This document shows positions 17,597 through 24,653 of a stretch of 31,751 nucleotides of DNA, piece after piece. Made by a program: the position numbers and the translations under genes. The DNA lies in the IMG/VR virus record IMGVR_UViG_3300038312_000392, positions 1 to 31,751 of that record; one strand, 5' to 3'. A model generated the notes under the pieces. The model had not been told where the DNA came from, ran no database searches, and saw only the letters and a program-made list of their open reading frames with translations. Origin of the DNA: a virus. Its lineage: Duplodnaviria; Caudoviricetes. The first letter of the stretch is position 1; every line of letters starts with the position of its first letter.

Positions 17597-17963
17597 GGTG
17601 CTGGAACTTGGTCGTGACTTCATGCTCGTTGACTATTGCGGCAAGGTTTATCGGATTGACTTTGAACTTTATCCATACTTTAAAAGCTGTTTCGTGTCTG
17701 AGCTTTACAATGTGGAAGCCAGTGCGGTCGGCCTGCATTGGCCGGACGCCGATATCGATATCGAGGTCGAGTACTTGGAGCATCCGCCGAAAAATCCAAG
17801 CATGGTTTCGGTCGAATGGTGGAATGAGCAACGCCGCCGCCAGATGTCGCGCCTTGGCGCTGCCGGCGGTTCCGTCCGCACGCCCCGGAAGTCCGCCGCC
17901 AGCCGCGCCAACGGAGCAAAAGGCGGCAGACCAAAGAAGAAACCGGAACCGAGCTTGGCTTGA
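17559..17963 (+). CDS. DUF2442 family protein (putative antitoxin) with basic C-terminal tail
   Basis: Start moved to MNALKNG. YP.F, GLHWPDADIDI and KSAASRANGAKGGRP motifs. Overlaps the DUF4160 gene. Confidence 0.85.
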   Translation: MNALKNGTTLTAKVLELGRDFMLVDYCGKVYRIDFELYPYFKSCFVSELYNVEASAVGLHWPDADIDIEVEYLEHPPKNPSMVSVEWWNEQRRRQMSRLGAAGGSVRTPRKSAASRANGAKGGRPKKKPEPSLA

Positions 17964-18062
17964 CATGATCAGATTGTGCGTAGCCGCCGCTCAATCCGAG
18001 AAGGAAATCGCGGCGATTCCACAACTGGCGCTCGCCTGATTTCCTGCCTAACCGCTGATGCT

Positions 18063-18094
18063 TTCTGCCTATTTTTCAGTCAAAATAGGCAGAA
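18063..18094. terminator. Perfect 13-bp hairpin between convergent genes, probable terminator of the plus-strand moron
   Basis: TTCTGCCTATTTT-TCAGTC-AAAATAGGCAGAA, followed on the plus strand by TCATTTT. Confidence 0.6.
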
Positions 18095-18505
18095 TCATTT
18101 TCCCACGAACACCTCCTTCAAGATTGAAAGCGGCGCTTTCACGACCGTTTTCGGCTTCGCGTGGTAGGGGTTGAAATCGGATGGGACTGCCGGTTTCGAC
18201 TTCTTCGGGTTGCGGACAAGATTGACTACGAGTGCCATCAAAGACGCGGTGCGCTGCCATTCGGTCTTCTCCCGCGCCTCCGCCATTGCCGCCAGCTCGC
18301 GGAGCTTGTAGGGATCGGGGTTTATTCCGCAGATTCCGGCAAATTCGAGGATGAGAGCGTCAATTGTTCGAGCGCCGCGTCGATCTTGCCGTCGAGTGCC
18401 GGATCGTCCAGCAGCTTCGCCAACTCCTCTTTCGTCTTTTCCTGGAAACGCCGGGTGGCGGCGAGGATTTTGGCGAACACCCGGCGCTTCGCCTCGGGGA
18501 AAAAA
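18095..18505 (-). CDS. Tail assembly chaperone, gpT-like C-terminal part (probably expressed by -1 frameshift)
   Basis: The frame is open from 18514 down to the stop at 18095. It encodes GINPDPYKLREL..MAEAR...W..TA.LMA..VN..R....P.DFNP, and the first part of this motif lies upstream of the first ATG (18286). Confidence 0.7.
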   Translation of the reverse strand, partial: FFPRGEAPGVRQNPRRHPAFPGKDERGVGEAAGRSGTRRQDRRGARTIDALILEFAGICGINPDPYKLRELAAMAEAREKTEWQRTASLMALVVNLVRNPKKSKPAVPSDFNPYHAKPKTVVKAPLSILKEVFVGK

Positions 18506-18813
18506 TCGATGATTTCATCCAGCAATGCAGCGGTCGCCTTTTCAATCGAATCGCCAGCCATCGCCCGTCCGAACTCCTCATCGGAAACGTTCTTCGCATC
18601 GGCCTCCTCCTTGCAGACAGCATAGAGCACATCTACCAGGAGCACCGGGTCATTGGCGAGCCGTTCGAGCAGTTCGATCTTCGGTTTGCCGTCCGTTTCC
18701 ATAGTGACGATGGAGGCGATGTCGACGTTGCAGAGGGCGCGGACGCGCTTGACGGTTCCCACGTTGACGTTGACCGTCCAGACGCGCCCCACGTTATCGG
18801 TAAAACTTTTCAT
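18322..18813 (-). CDS. Tail assembly chaperone, gpG-like, 163 aa
   Basis: Start MKSFTDN. Lies between the tail tube and tape measure genes. IIDFFP segment contains the TTTTTTC slippery site. Confidence 0.85.
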   Translation of the reverse strand: MKSFTDNVGRVWTVNVNVGTVKRVRALCNVDIASIVTMETDGKPKIELLERLANDPVLLVDVLYAVCKEEADAKNVSDEEFGRAMAGDSIEKATAALLDEIIDFFPEAKRRVFAKILAATRRFQEKTKEELAKLLDDPALDGKIDAALEQLTLSSSNLPESAE

Positions 18814-18815
18814 GG

Positions 18816-19235
18816 TCAGGCTCCCGTTTTCCATTGCGGCGCACGTTCGGAAGCGGTCGGCTTGGCGGTTACCGAAACGCTCAACGCCTCTTCGAGCGGC
18901 TGCTCCACCGAAAAGCCGGTAATCGAAAAATCCGCGTCGAGACCGTTGCCGTCGCCATCGGTGACGAACAGCGCAAGCGGCGTATTGTTGAAATACGCAT
19001 CCGAGAACGCGGTGAAGTCTGCGTCCTCGGTATCGTAAAGTATACCGAATTCAAGACTTGCGTCTTTCAACGTGGCGACGGTCGCTCGCCACCCTTTGGT
19101 GGCGCGGGTGGTCACATCCGCCTCGCCACTTTCGAGATTCAAGGTCAAATCCTTGACGTTCTTCACTTCGGTCGATCCGGTCGATCCGGCGACTCCGCGC
19201 AGAAGTTTCGCATCCAAACCCAATACTACAGCCAT
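18816..19235 (-). CDS. Tail tube (major tail) protein
   Basis: VKDLTLNLE..EADVTTR...GW and FSVEQPLEEALSVSVT patterns. Expected gene position. Confidence 0.85.
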   Translation of the reverse strand: MAVVLGLDAKLLRGVAGSTGSTEVKNVKDLTLNLESGEADVTTRATKGWRATVATLKDASLEFGILYDTEDADFTAFSDAYFNNTPLALFVTDGDGNGLDADFSITGFSVEQPLEEALSVSVTAKPTASERAPQWKTGA

Positions 19236-19250
19236 TGATTTTTCTCCTGG

Positions 19251-19634
19251 TTATTTTATTGCCAGCTCCCACATCTTCGGAAGCTTTGAAACTGATTTTT
19301 CGAGCGTCGGCCCCATCAGGGGGCGTTTGGGATAACGTTGCTTTTTGTAGCGTCCGCCGAACTCATGCGGATGCATGGATACGCCGATCATCGACTCCGC
19401 CGGGCCGATCAAAACGGTTGCGGTACGCTTCTCGACCCCGAACAGCAGCGAATTTTTCAACAATCCGCGCCGGGTGTTCGGCGGAGTTCCAGGCATGGAC
19501 GAGCGCTCGCTCTGCGAGACGCGGTTTCGCGCCGCCTTGCGAATGTACGCCCCGGCACGGCGCAGGGCGACAAGGTTGCCGCGCTCGACCGCAGCGATCA
19601 CCCGCCAGCCATCGAACTCGATCCGGCACTTCAT
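19251..19634 (-). CDS. Tail completion or neck protein (HK97 gp10-like)
   Basis: PGTPP.TRRGLLKNS, HEFGG and YPKRPLMGP motifs. Confidence 0.8.
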   Translation of the reverse strand: MKCRIEFDGWRVIAAVERGNLVALRRAGAYIRKAARNRVSQSERSSMPGTPPNTRRGLLKNSLLFGVEKRTATVLIGPAESMIGVSMHPHEFGGRYKKQRYPKRPLMGPTLEKSVSKLPKMWELAIK

Positions 19635-20023
19635 CGGATCTGTTTGAACGTAAGCTGGATCACGCTGGTGAACTGTCCGCGTTCACGCAGATGCTCCGGC
19701 GAATAGATCGGGTCGTATGCGACCGCCACGCAGGTTGCTCCGGCGAGCTTTCGGTTGAGAAAGCCGAGTCCGAGTCCTTCGACCAGCCGGAGCAGTTCCG
19801 GCAGTTCATCCTCGCAGCCGCGCTTCAAAAATCCGACCGACACCTTCAGCAACTCCTCGTGAGCGTGGCGGCTGACCGTCTTGTACTCGGTTCCCGCCGG
19901 AACAACCACCACGCGCATTTCTTCGAGTTCCTTCAAGTCGAACTCCGGGAAGAACAACAGTTCGGCGTGGTAGTCAGCCAACTCGGCGGCGACCGCCTCG
20001 GCGATTTTCACGACTTCGCTCAT
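19631..20023 (-). CDS. Putative tail terminator or neck protein, 130 aa
   Basis: Start moved to MSEVVKIAEAV (GGAGG RBS). Gene position and C-terminal FTSVIQLTF strand. Confidence 0.7.
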   Translation of the reverse strand: MSEVVKIAEAVAAELADYHAELLFFPEFDLKELEEMRVVVVPAGTEYKTVSRHAHEELLKVSVGFLKRGCEDELPELLRLVEGLGLGFLNRKLAGATCVAVAYDPIYSPEHLRERGQFTSVIQLTFKQIR

Positions 20024-20025
20024 GT

Positions 20026-20265
20026 TCACCTCCGGAAGAGTTCGAGCGCCAGCGCTCCGGCGGCTCCGAGCAATGCCAACAGCGCCGCCCCGACCGCCGA
20101 GAGCATCGTTTTCTGAACGTCCGCCGCGACTTTGCAAGGCGGATTATGGTGAGTGTTGTCGCGAAAATGCATCTCCAGCATCCCCTGCAACTTCGCAATG
20201 TCCATCCGGGACTGGTTCACAACCTCCCAGATATCCGCATGGGTGGGATTGTCTCCGTTAGCCAT
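20026..20265 (-). CDS. Small protein with a C-terminal transmembrane helix (holin-like), 79 aa
   Basis: Start moved to MANGDNP. Amphipathic N-terminus, then AVGAALLALLGAAGALALELFRR. Confidence 0.65.
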   Translation of the reverse strand: MANGDNPTHADIWEVVNQSRMDIAKLQGMLEMHFRDNTHHNPPCKVAADVQKTMLSAVGAALLALLGAAGALALELFRR

Positions 20266-20620
20266 CGGCAATTTCTCCTGTTTCTTTGGTGTGGATGCGG
20301 CAGGTCGTATGCGCTGTTCCCGACCACCGCCAACACGGTTCGCCGTTGGGGGCGAGAACTTCGTAAAGCCTGCCACTGTATTCGATTTTGTCGCCGCGTT
20401 CCGGCGGCGCACCGAGTTCGGAAAGCGCGATCAGAAAGTCGCGGCTCTCCGTCCGGACGGTCACGCCGTATTGATCCTCGACACGGAACAGCGTCCGCCC
20501 GAGCGCGGCGCTGACCGCGACTTTCCCGCCGCCTTTCCGGCGATAAAGCACCGGAACGGTGAGGTGCGCGGAGCGGTTGGCTTCCAGCCACGCCGCCGCC
20601 TGTTCCAGCATGCCCATCAA
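20258..20620 (-). CDS. Head closure or head-tail adaptor protein (FII-like)
   Basis: PERGDKI......YEV motif, located after the decoration protein. Confidence 0.75.
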   Translation of the reverse strand: MMGMLEQAAAWLEANRSAHLTVPVLYRRKGGGKVAVSAALGRTLFRVEDQYGVTVRTESRDFLIALSELGAPPERGDKIEYSGRLYEVLAPNGEPCWRWSGTAHTTCRIHTKETGEIADG

Positions 20621-20946
20621 CCGTTCAGGAGGACGAGTATGGTGGCATCATCCGCCGCTGCATCACCTACCGCTTTGCCGATCAGCGTGTTGCCGGTGGC
20701 GGTCGTCACCACCACGCCGTTGGTCGCGTCCCAATAGACCTTCTTGCCGAAGGCGATGGCGGCGGCGGCGGCTCCTTTCGGGAACTCATACACGCCGACC
20801 ACCGCCACTGCGCCAAGTTTCCCGGCTTCGATGTCGAGCTTCGCCACGCCGACGAGATCATTTTCAATCACCAGATCACCGGCGGCGACCGCTGTTTCTG
20901 GGGTAAAATTGATGGATTCGCCCTTTTGCACATATCTTGCAGTCAT
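20617..20946 (-). CDS. DUF2190 family capsid decoration (cement) protein, paralogue 1
   Basis: Start MTARYVQKG. VAAGDLV, GVAKLDI.AG..G, GVYEFPK and GKKVYWD motifs. Immediately after the capsid gene. Confidence 0.9.
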   Translation of the reverse strand: MTARYVQKGESINFTPETAVAAGDLVIENDLVGVAKLDIEAGKLGAVAVVGVYEFPKGAAAAAIAFGKKVYWDATNGVVVTTATGNTLIGKAVGDAAADDATILVLLNG

Positions 20947-21014
20947 AAACAGTCTCCATTTTTTGCCGGTCGGAGACCATATAGCCCGACCGGTGGTTGA
21001 TTTATTCTCTATGC

Positions 21015-22997
21015 TCAGTTGGCCACGCCGTTGGCCTTCACCATGCCGCGGAAGTCCTGCTCCCTCACTCCGAGGTCGAAGTAGACGCGGAACCACATCC
21101 CCAGCGTGTTGAAGTCCGTCTCGCCGCGCTCAATGGTCGGGGTGCGCCGCCCTTTGAGGAATCCCAGCTCGAAGGTGTCGACGCTACGTGGGTCGCCGAA
21201 CAGGTACCAGCCCGACTGCGACGCGCCGTCATAGGCGGAGTTCGCCAGATAGGGGCTGGAGACCACCTGCAAATGCTCGTCGGCGAGGACGTTCAACGAT
21301 GGGCGCACGACATTGTCGGCGCCGCCAGCCATGATAAGGGTCGCGCCCTGAGTCAGTTCGACGGCGAGGTGTTTCAGCGCGGTCGGCACGAGCAGGAAGC
21401 GCGGCTCGACCGAGATCGGCTGCCCGTCCGCATCCACCTGGTCGAGGTAGAGCTGGACCGCCTTTTTCAGCGAGTCGGCGGAGAGCGTCGAGGTCGCGCC
21501 GGTGAGTAGGTTGCGGTGGCTGGCATGGAACAACGCCTTGCCATCGTTCTGCGCGGGATTCCGCAGGAGGCGGCTGAAGAACAGCTGGTCGATCAACCGC
21601 GCCGCGCGGTTGCCCATCGCCGCCGGGACTTTCATGAATGCCCCGAGATCGTCGTTGATGATCATCTTGCGGGTCAGGCAGAACTTCTTGCCGTAGGTCT
21701 CCAGCTGATTCTTGGCGCTCTCCTCAACCAGCCCGCCATCCTTGATTTCGCCGTCCGGCGCGACCGGCAGGAGGTCGCCCACGTCTGTCAGTCGGAAGCG
21801 GTCGTTTTCCTTGAAGTCGTTCAGGTCGCCAGTCGAGCAGAGCTTCGTCGCGATGACCGGCTGCGCCTCATAGCTCTGGAGCAATTTCTTGTTCGCCACG
21901 TTCGAGAGGATGCCCGGCAGCGAGACGCTGGAGAACGCGGCGCGGATGGTGTCGTTGTCGAAGCCACGCCCATAGGGGATGCCGTCGAGCTTCATGCATT
22001 CGACCATGAGCTGGCGGAGTGGCATGTCCATCTCCGCCATCCCGGCCTCGACCGCCTGCGCCCCATAGGATTTCTCCAACTGCTCGGGGCTGACACCGAC
22101 GCGGAGGCACATCGCCGCCTCGATGGTCTTACGCATCTCGCCGCCCTCGGGGCGGGATTTCACGCTGATCGCGGCGCTGGCGGCGGGGCGTTCGGCGCGG
22201 ATGGTTTCCAGCACCTTTCGGGAAACCGCCTCGGGCGTCCACCCGGCGGCGACCGCCTGTTTCTCGATTTCGGGGAACTCGCCATCGCAGATCGACTGGA
22301 TGGCGGAGACGCGCTCGCGCTCGGCCTTGATCGCGGCTACGGCGGCCTCATGGGCGGTTCCGGCCTCGGCGGCGGCTTGGATCTGCGCCGGGGCGGTTTC
22401 GCCCTCCGCAGGCTGGACAACGGTGGCTTTGGCTGCCGCTACTTCGGGCTGTCCGGCTTCGGTCTTATCTTCGTTCTCTTTCGACATGATGGTTGCTTCT
22501 CCTTGGTTGAGATTGAAATTGGCGGCGACCTTCATTCTGGTCGATGCGTCCGCGCCGACCGCGACGACGGACACCTCCCGCAATGCTGATTTTTGGACAT
22601 GGTAGAAAGGCGCGTCGAGAACCTTTCCGTTGACGGCGCGGCTTCCGGCCTTGACCAGCTCGCACTCCTTGACGTCGGCCCCGATGGAGAGCTGCCAGTC
22701 GGCGCCCGCCTTGGACTGCGCGACGATCTCGCTGGCTTCGCCTCCGCCGGAGACGATCTCGCCATTGATCTCCAGTGTGCCGTCGCGCACCGTGGCGTTC
22801 ACCATCCCGACACGCGAGGTGGTCTTGTTCTGATGGTTCGTCAGCAACGGGACGCTTTCGGGGATGTCCATCCCGGCGAGGTCGACGACGACGGGGTGCT
22901 TCCAGCCCGTCAGCGGCATCTTGCCGCCGGAATAGGCCAGCCCGGCCACTTTCGGCTTCGTTTCCCCCGAAGCCTCGATCACGATATACTCGTTCAT
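21015..22997 (-). CDS. Fused prohead protease, scaffold and major capsid protein (Mu gpT-like capsid domain)
   Basis: N-terminal PLLTNH, WQLSIGA and LREVSVVAVGAD protease motifs, AERERVSAI scaffold, and TYGKKF.LTRKMIINDDLGAF and RVYFDLGV capsid motifs. Confidence 0.92.
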   Translation of the reverse strand: MNEYIVIEASGETKPKVAGLAYSGGKMPLTGWKHPVVVDLAGMDIPESVPLLTNHQNKTTSRVGMVNATVRDGTLEINGEIVSGGGEASEIVAQSKAGADWQLSIGADVKECELVKAGSRAVNGKVLDAPFYHVQKSALREVSVVAVGADASTRMKVAANFNLNQGEATIMSKENEDKTEAGQPEVAAAKATVVQPAEGETAPAQIQAAAEAGTAHEAAVAAIKAERERVSAIQSICDGEFPEIEKQAVAAGWTPEAVSRKVLETIRAERPAASAAISVKSRPEGGEMRKTIEAAMCLRVGVSPEQLEKSYGAQAVEAGMAEMDMPLRQLMVECMKLDGIPYGRGFDNDTIRAAFSSVSLPGILSNVANKKLLQSYEAQPVIATKLCSTGDLNDFKENDRFRLTDVGDLLPVAPDGEIKDGGLVEESAKNQLETYGKKFCLTRKMIINDDLGAFMKVPAAMGNRAARLIDQLFFSRLLRNPAQNDGKALFHASHRNLLTGATSTLSADSLKKAVQLYLDQVDADGQPISVEPRFLLVPTALKHLAVELTQGATLIMAGGADNVVRPSLNVLADEHLQVVSSPYLANSAYDGASQSGWYLFGDPRSVDTFELGFLKGRRTPTIERGETDFNTLGMWFRVYFDLGVREQDFRGMVKANGVAN

Positions 22998-24439
22998 TGG
23001 TTCTCCTTTTCAGTTGGTTCCGAGCCGTCGTCCGGGTCGGAGGATTCTCTTGTCTCCGGCATTTCGCCCGGAACCGGGATGCCGAGTTCGCGCATCAGCT
23101 TGAACTCCTTCGCCCGCTGCCGGAGCAGCGAGAGATAGTCGCGGCCGTCCTTGGCGCATTCCGCCGCGAGCGTGGTGGTCAGGTTCGCCAGACGCTTCTC
23201 CTGCGCCGCCGCCTCCTTCGAGGGGTCGACGTGCGGGAAGCCGTCCCAGAACCACATGTGCCGGTCGTCCAGAGCCTCCGTGACCGGAAAGCCGGGACGC
23301 GCCAGCAGATACTCCCGGAACCACATCCGGAATATCTGGTTGAGCGCCTCCGTCTCCCAGAACCCACGGTCGACCAGGATGCTCTTGTGGTAGATCTGGT
23401 TGTCCAGCCGACCCGACGCGTAGTTGTGGCCGGAGAAGTCCCCCGCCAGCGTTCCGTAGGTGCATACCACGCTCCGGGCCACTTCCGAGAGGATGATCTT
23501 CACGAACTCCGCATGGTTCGCCGTCGGTTGCTTGGCGTCGAGCTGCCCCATCTTCCAGCCAGCCGGGACGGTCAGCATCATGTTCCGCTCCAAAGGAATG
23601 GAGTCGAGCGCCGCCACGTCCTCGGATTCGCCGTCCGGCGGCGCGTCGGTGTAGAGGATCGCCGCGAAATCCGCCGCCGCCTCCGCCGCAGAAAGCACCG
23701 CGAGGTTGTACCGGCGGAGCTGGGCGAACAGAGGCAGCGCCGCCGCCAGTTCGGGTATGCCGCGATGCAGCCCCGGCCTGTCCTGCCGGTAGACGTGGAG
23801 CATGCATTCCGCCGGGACATGCAGCGCCTCGTCGCCGGGCAGATACCGCGCGTCGCCCGGATGGTATTTCAGCACCCGATAGGACACCGGGTTGCCCCAT
23901 GCGTCGTAGTCCACGCCGTCGACGCTAGACTCGTCCTCGAACCACCGAAGCTCGCCGCTGATTCGGTCGGCCTCGACCGGGGTCAGATCCATCTTGACGC
24001 AATGTCGGACTCGCGGGTTGGTGTTCATCACCGCGAAAGCCTCCCCGTCCTGGCACCGGGCGATCCGCATCGTGCGAAGCTTCCGCGCCAGCCTCACCGC
24101 ATCCGCCCACCGGGCGAACTGCGACTCGACCTCATCGTTGAAGTCCTCGTCCGCCGTCAGCATCTGCAGCCTCGGCCCCGTGCCGATGGTGTCGTTCGCC
24201 AGCATCTGCACCAGCCCTTTCGCGTAGGAGTTGTTGGCGACTTCGTAGCGCGACCTCATCCGCAGAATCCGCCGGACTTCCGGGTTCGCCTCACCATCGG
24301 CGGAGAAATGGTCCGCCGCCATCCAGTGCCGCGCGTTGTCGGCGGTGGTCTGCGCCGCGTCGAACCGCCCCCGGACTGACGGAGGGTGCTTCACCGGTTC
24401 CGCTTTGCTTTGGAACATTGATTTTATGGCTTTGAACAT
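22994..24439 (-). CDS. Portal protein, lambda family
   Basis: LR.RSRYE..NNSYA.G, DGEAF, RGIP, GDFS..NYASGR and VDPSKE motifs. Confidence 0.95.
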   Translation of the reverse strand: MFKAIKSMFQSKAEPVKHPPSVRGRFDAAQTTADNARHWMAADHFSADGEANPEVRRILRMRSRYEVANNSYAKGLVQMLANDTIGTGPRLQMLTADEDFNDEVESQFARWADAVRLARKLRTMRIARCQDGEAFAVMNTNPRVRHCVKMDLTPVEADRISGELRWFEDESSVDGVDYDAWGNPVSYRVLKYHPGDARYLPGDEALHVPAECMLHVYRQDRPGLHRGIPELAAALPLFAQLRRYNLAVLSAAEAAADFAAILYTDAPPDGESEDVAALDSIPLERNMMLTVPAGWKMGQLDAKQPTANHAEFVKIILSEVARSVVCTYGTLAGDFSGHNYASGRLDNQIYHKSILVDRGFWETEALNQIFRMWFREYLLARPGFPVTEALDDRHMWFWDGFPHVDPSKEAAAQEKRLANLTTTLAAECAKDGRDYLSLLRQRAKEFKLMRELGIPVPGEMPETRESSDPDDGSEPTEKENQ

Positions 24440-24440
24440 C

Positions 24441-24653
24441 TCACGCCCCCGAATGGCTCAGTTTGGTGATCTTCAGGCCGCTTGCGCGGGATTTCAGCGC
24501 CTTTTTCGACGCGAGATATTCATCTGCCTTGATCTGCTCGGTCAGCGAGTGCTGTTCGACCCGCTGCCCGTCGACTTCCGCCGACTTGGGGCCGGAAGCG
24601 TTTTTTATGATCGTCTCCGTCAGGGAGGTCTTCGCTGTGGTTTCATCGCTCAT
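24441..24653 (-). CDS. gpW-like head-tail joining protein
   Basis: 70 aa with SAEVDGQRVEQHSL.E, immediately before the portal gene. Confidence 0.75.
   Translation of the reverse strand: MSDETTAKTSLTETIIKNASGPKSAEVDGQRVEQHSLTEQIKADEYLASKKALKSRASGLKITKLSHSGA

Noticed and set aside
19169-19189. Tandem 9-bp repeat GTCGATCCG
   Set aside because: Only two copies, encoding GSTGST in the tail tube protein.
12400-19634. Contractile tail, tailocin or gene transfer agent
   Set aside because: No sheath or baseplate J genes. A long tape measure, an integrase and morons fit a temperate siphophage.
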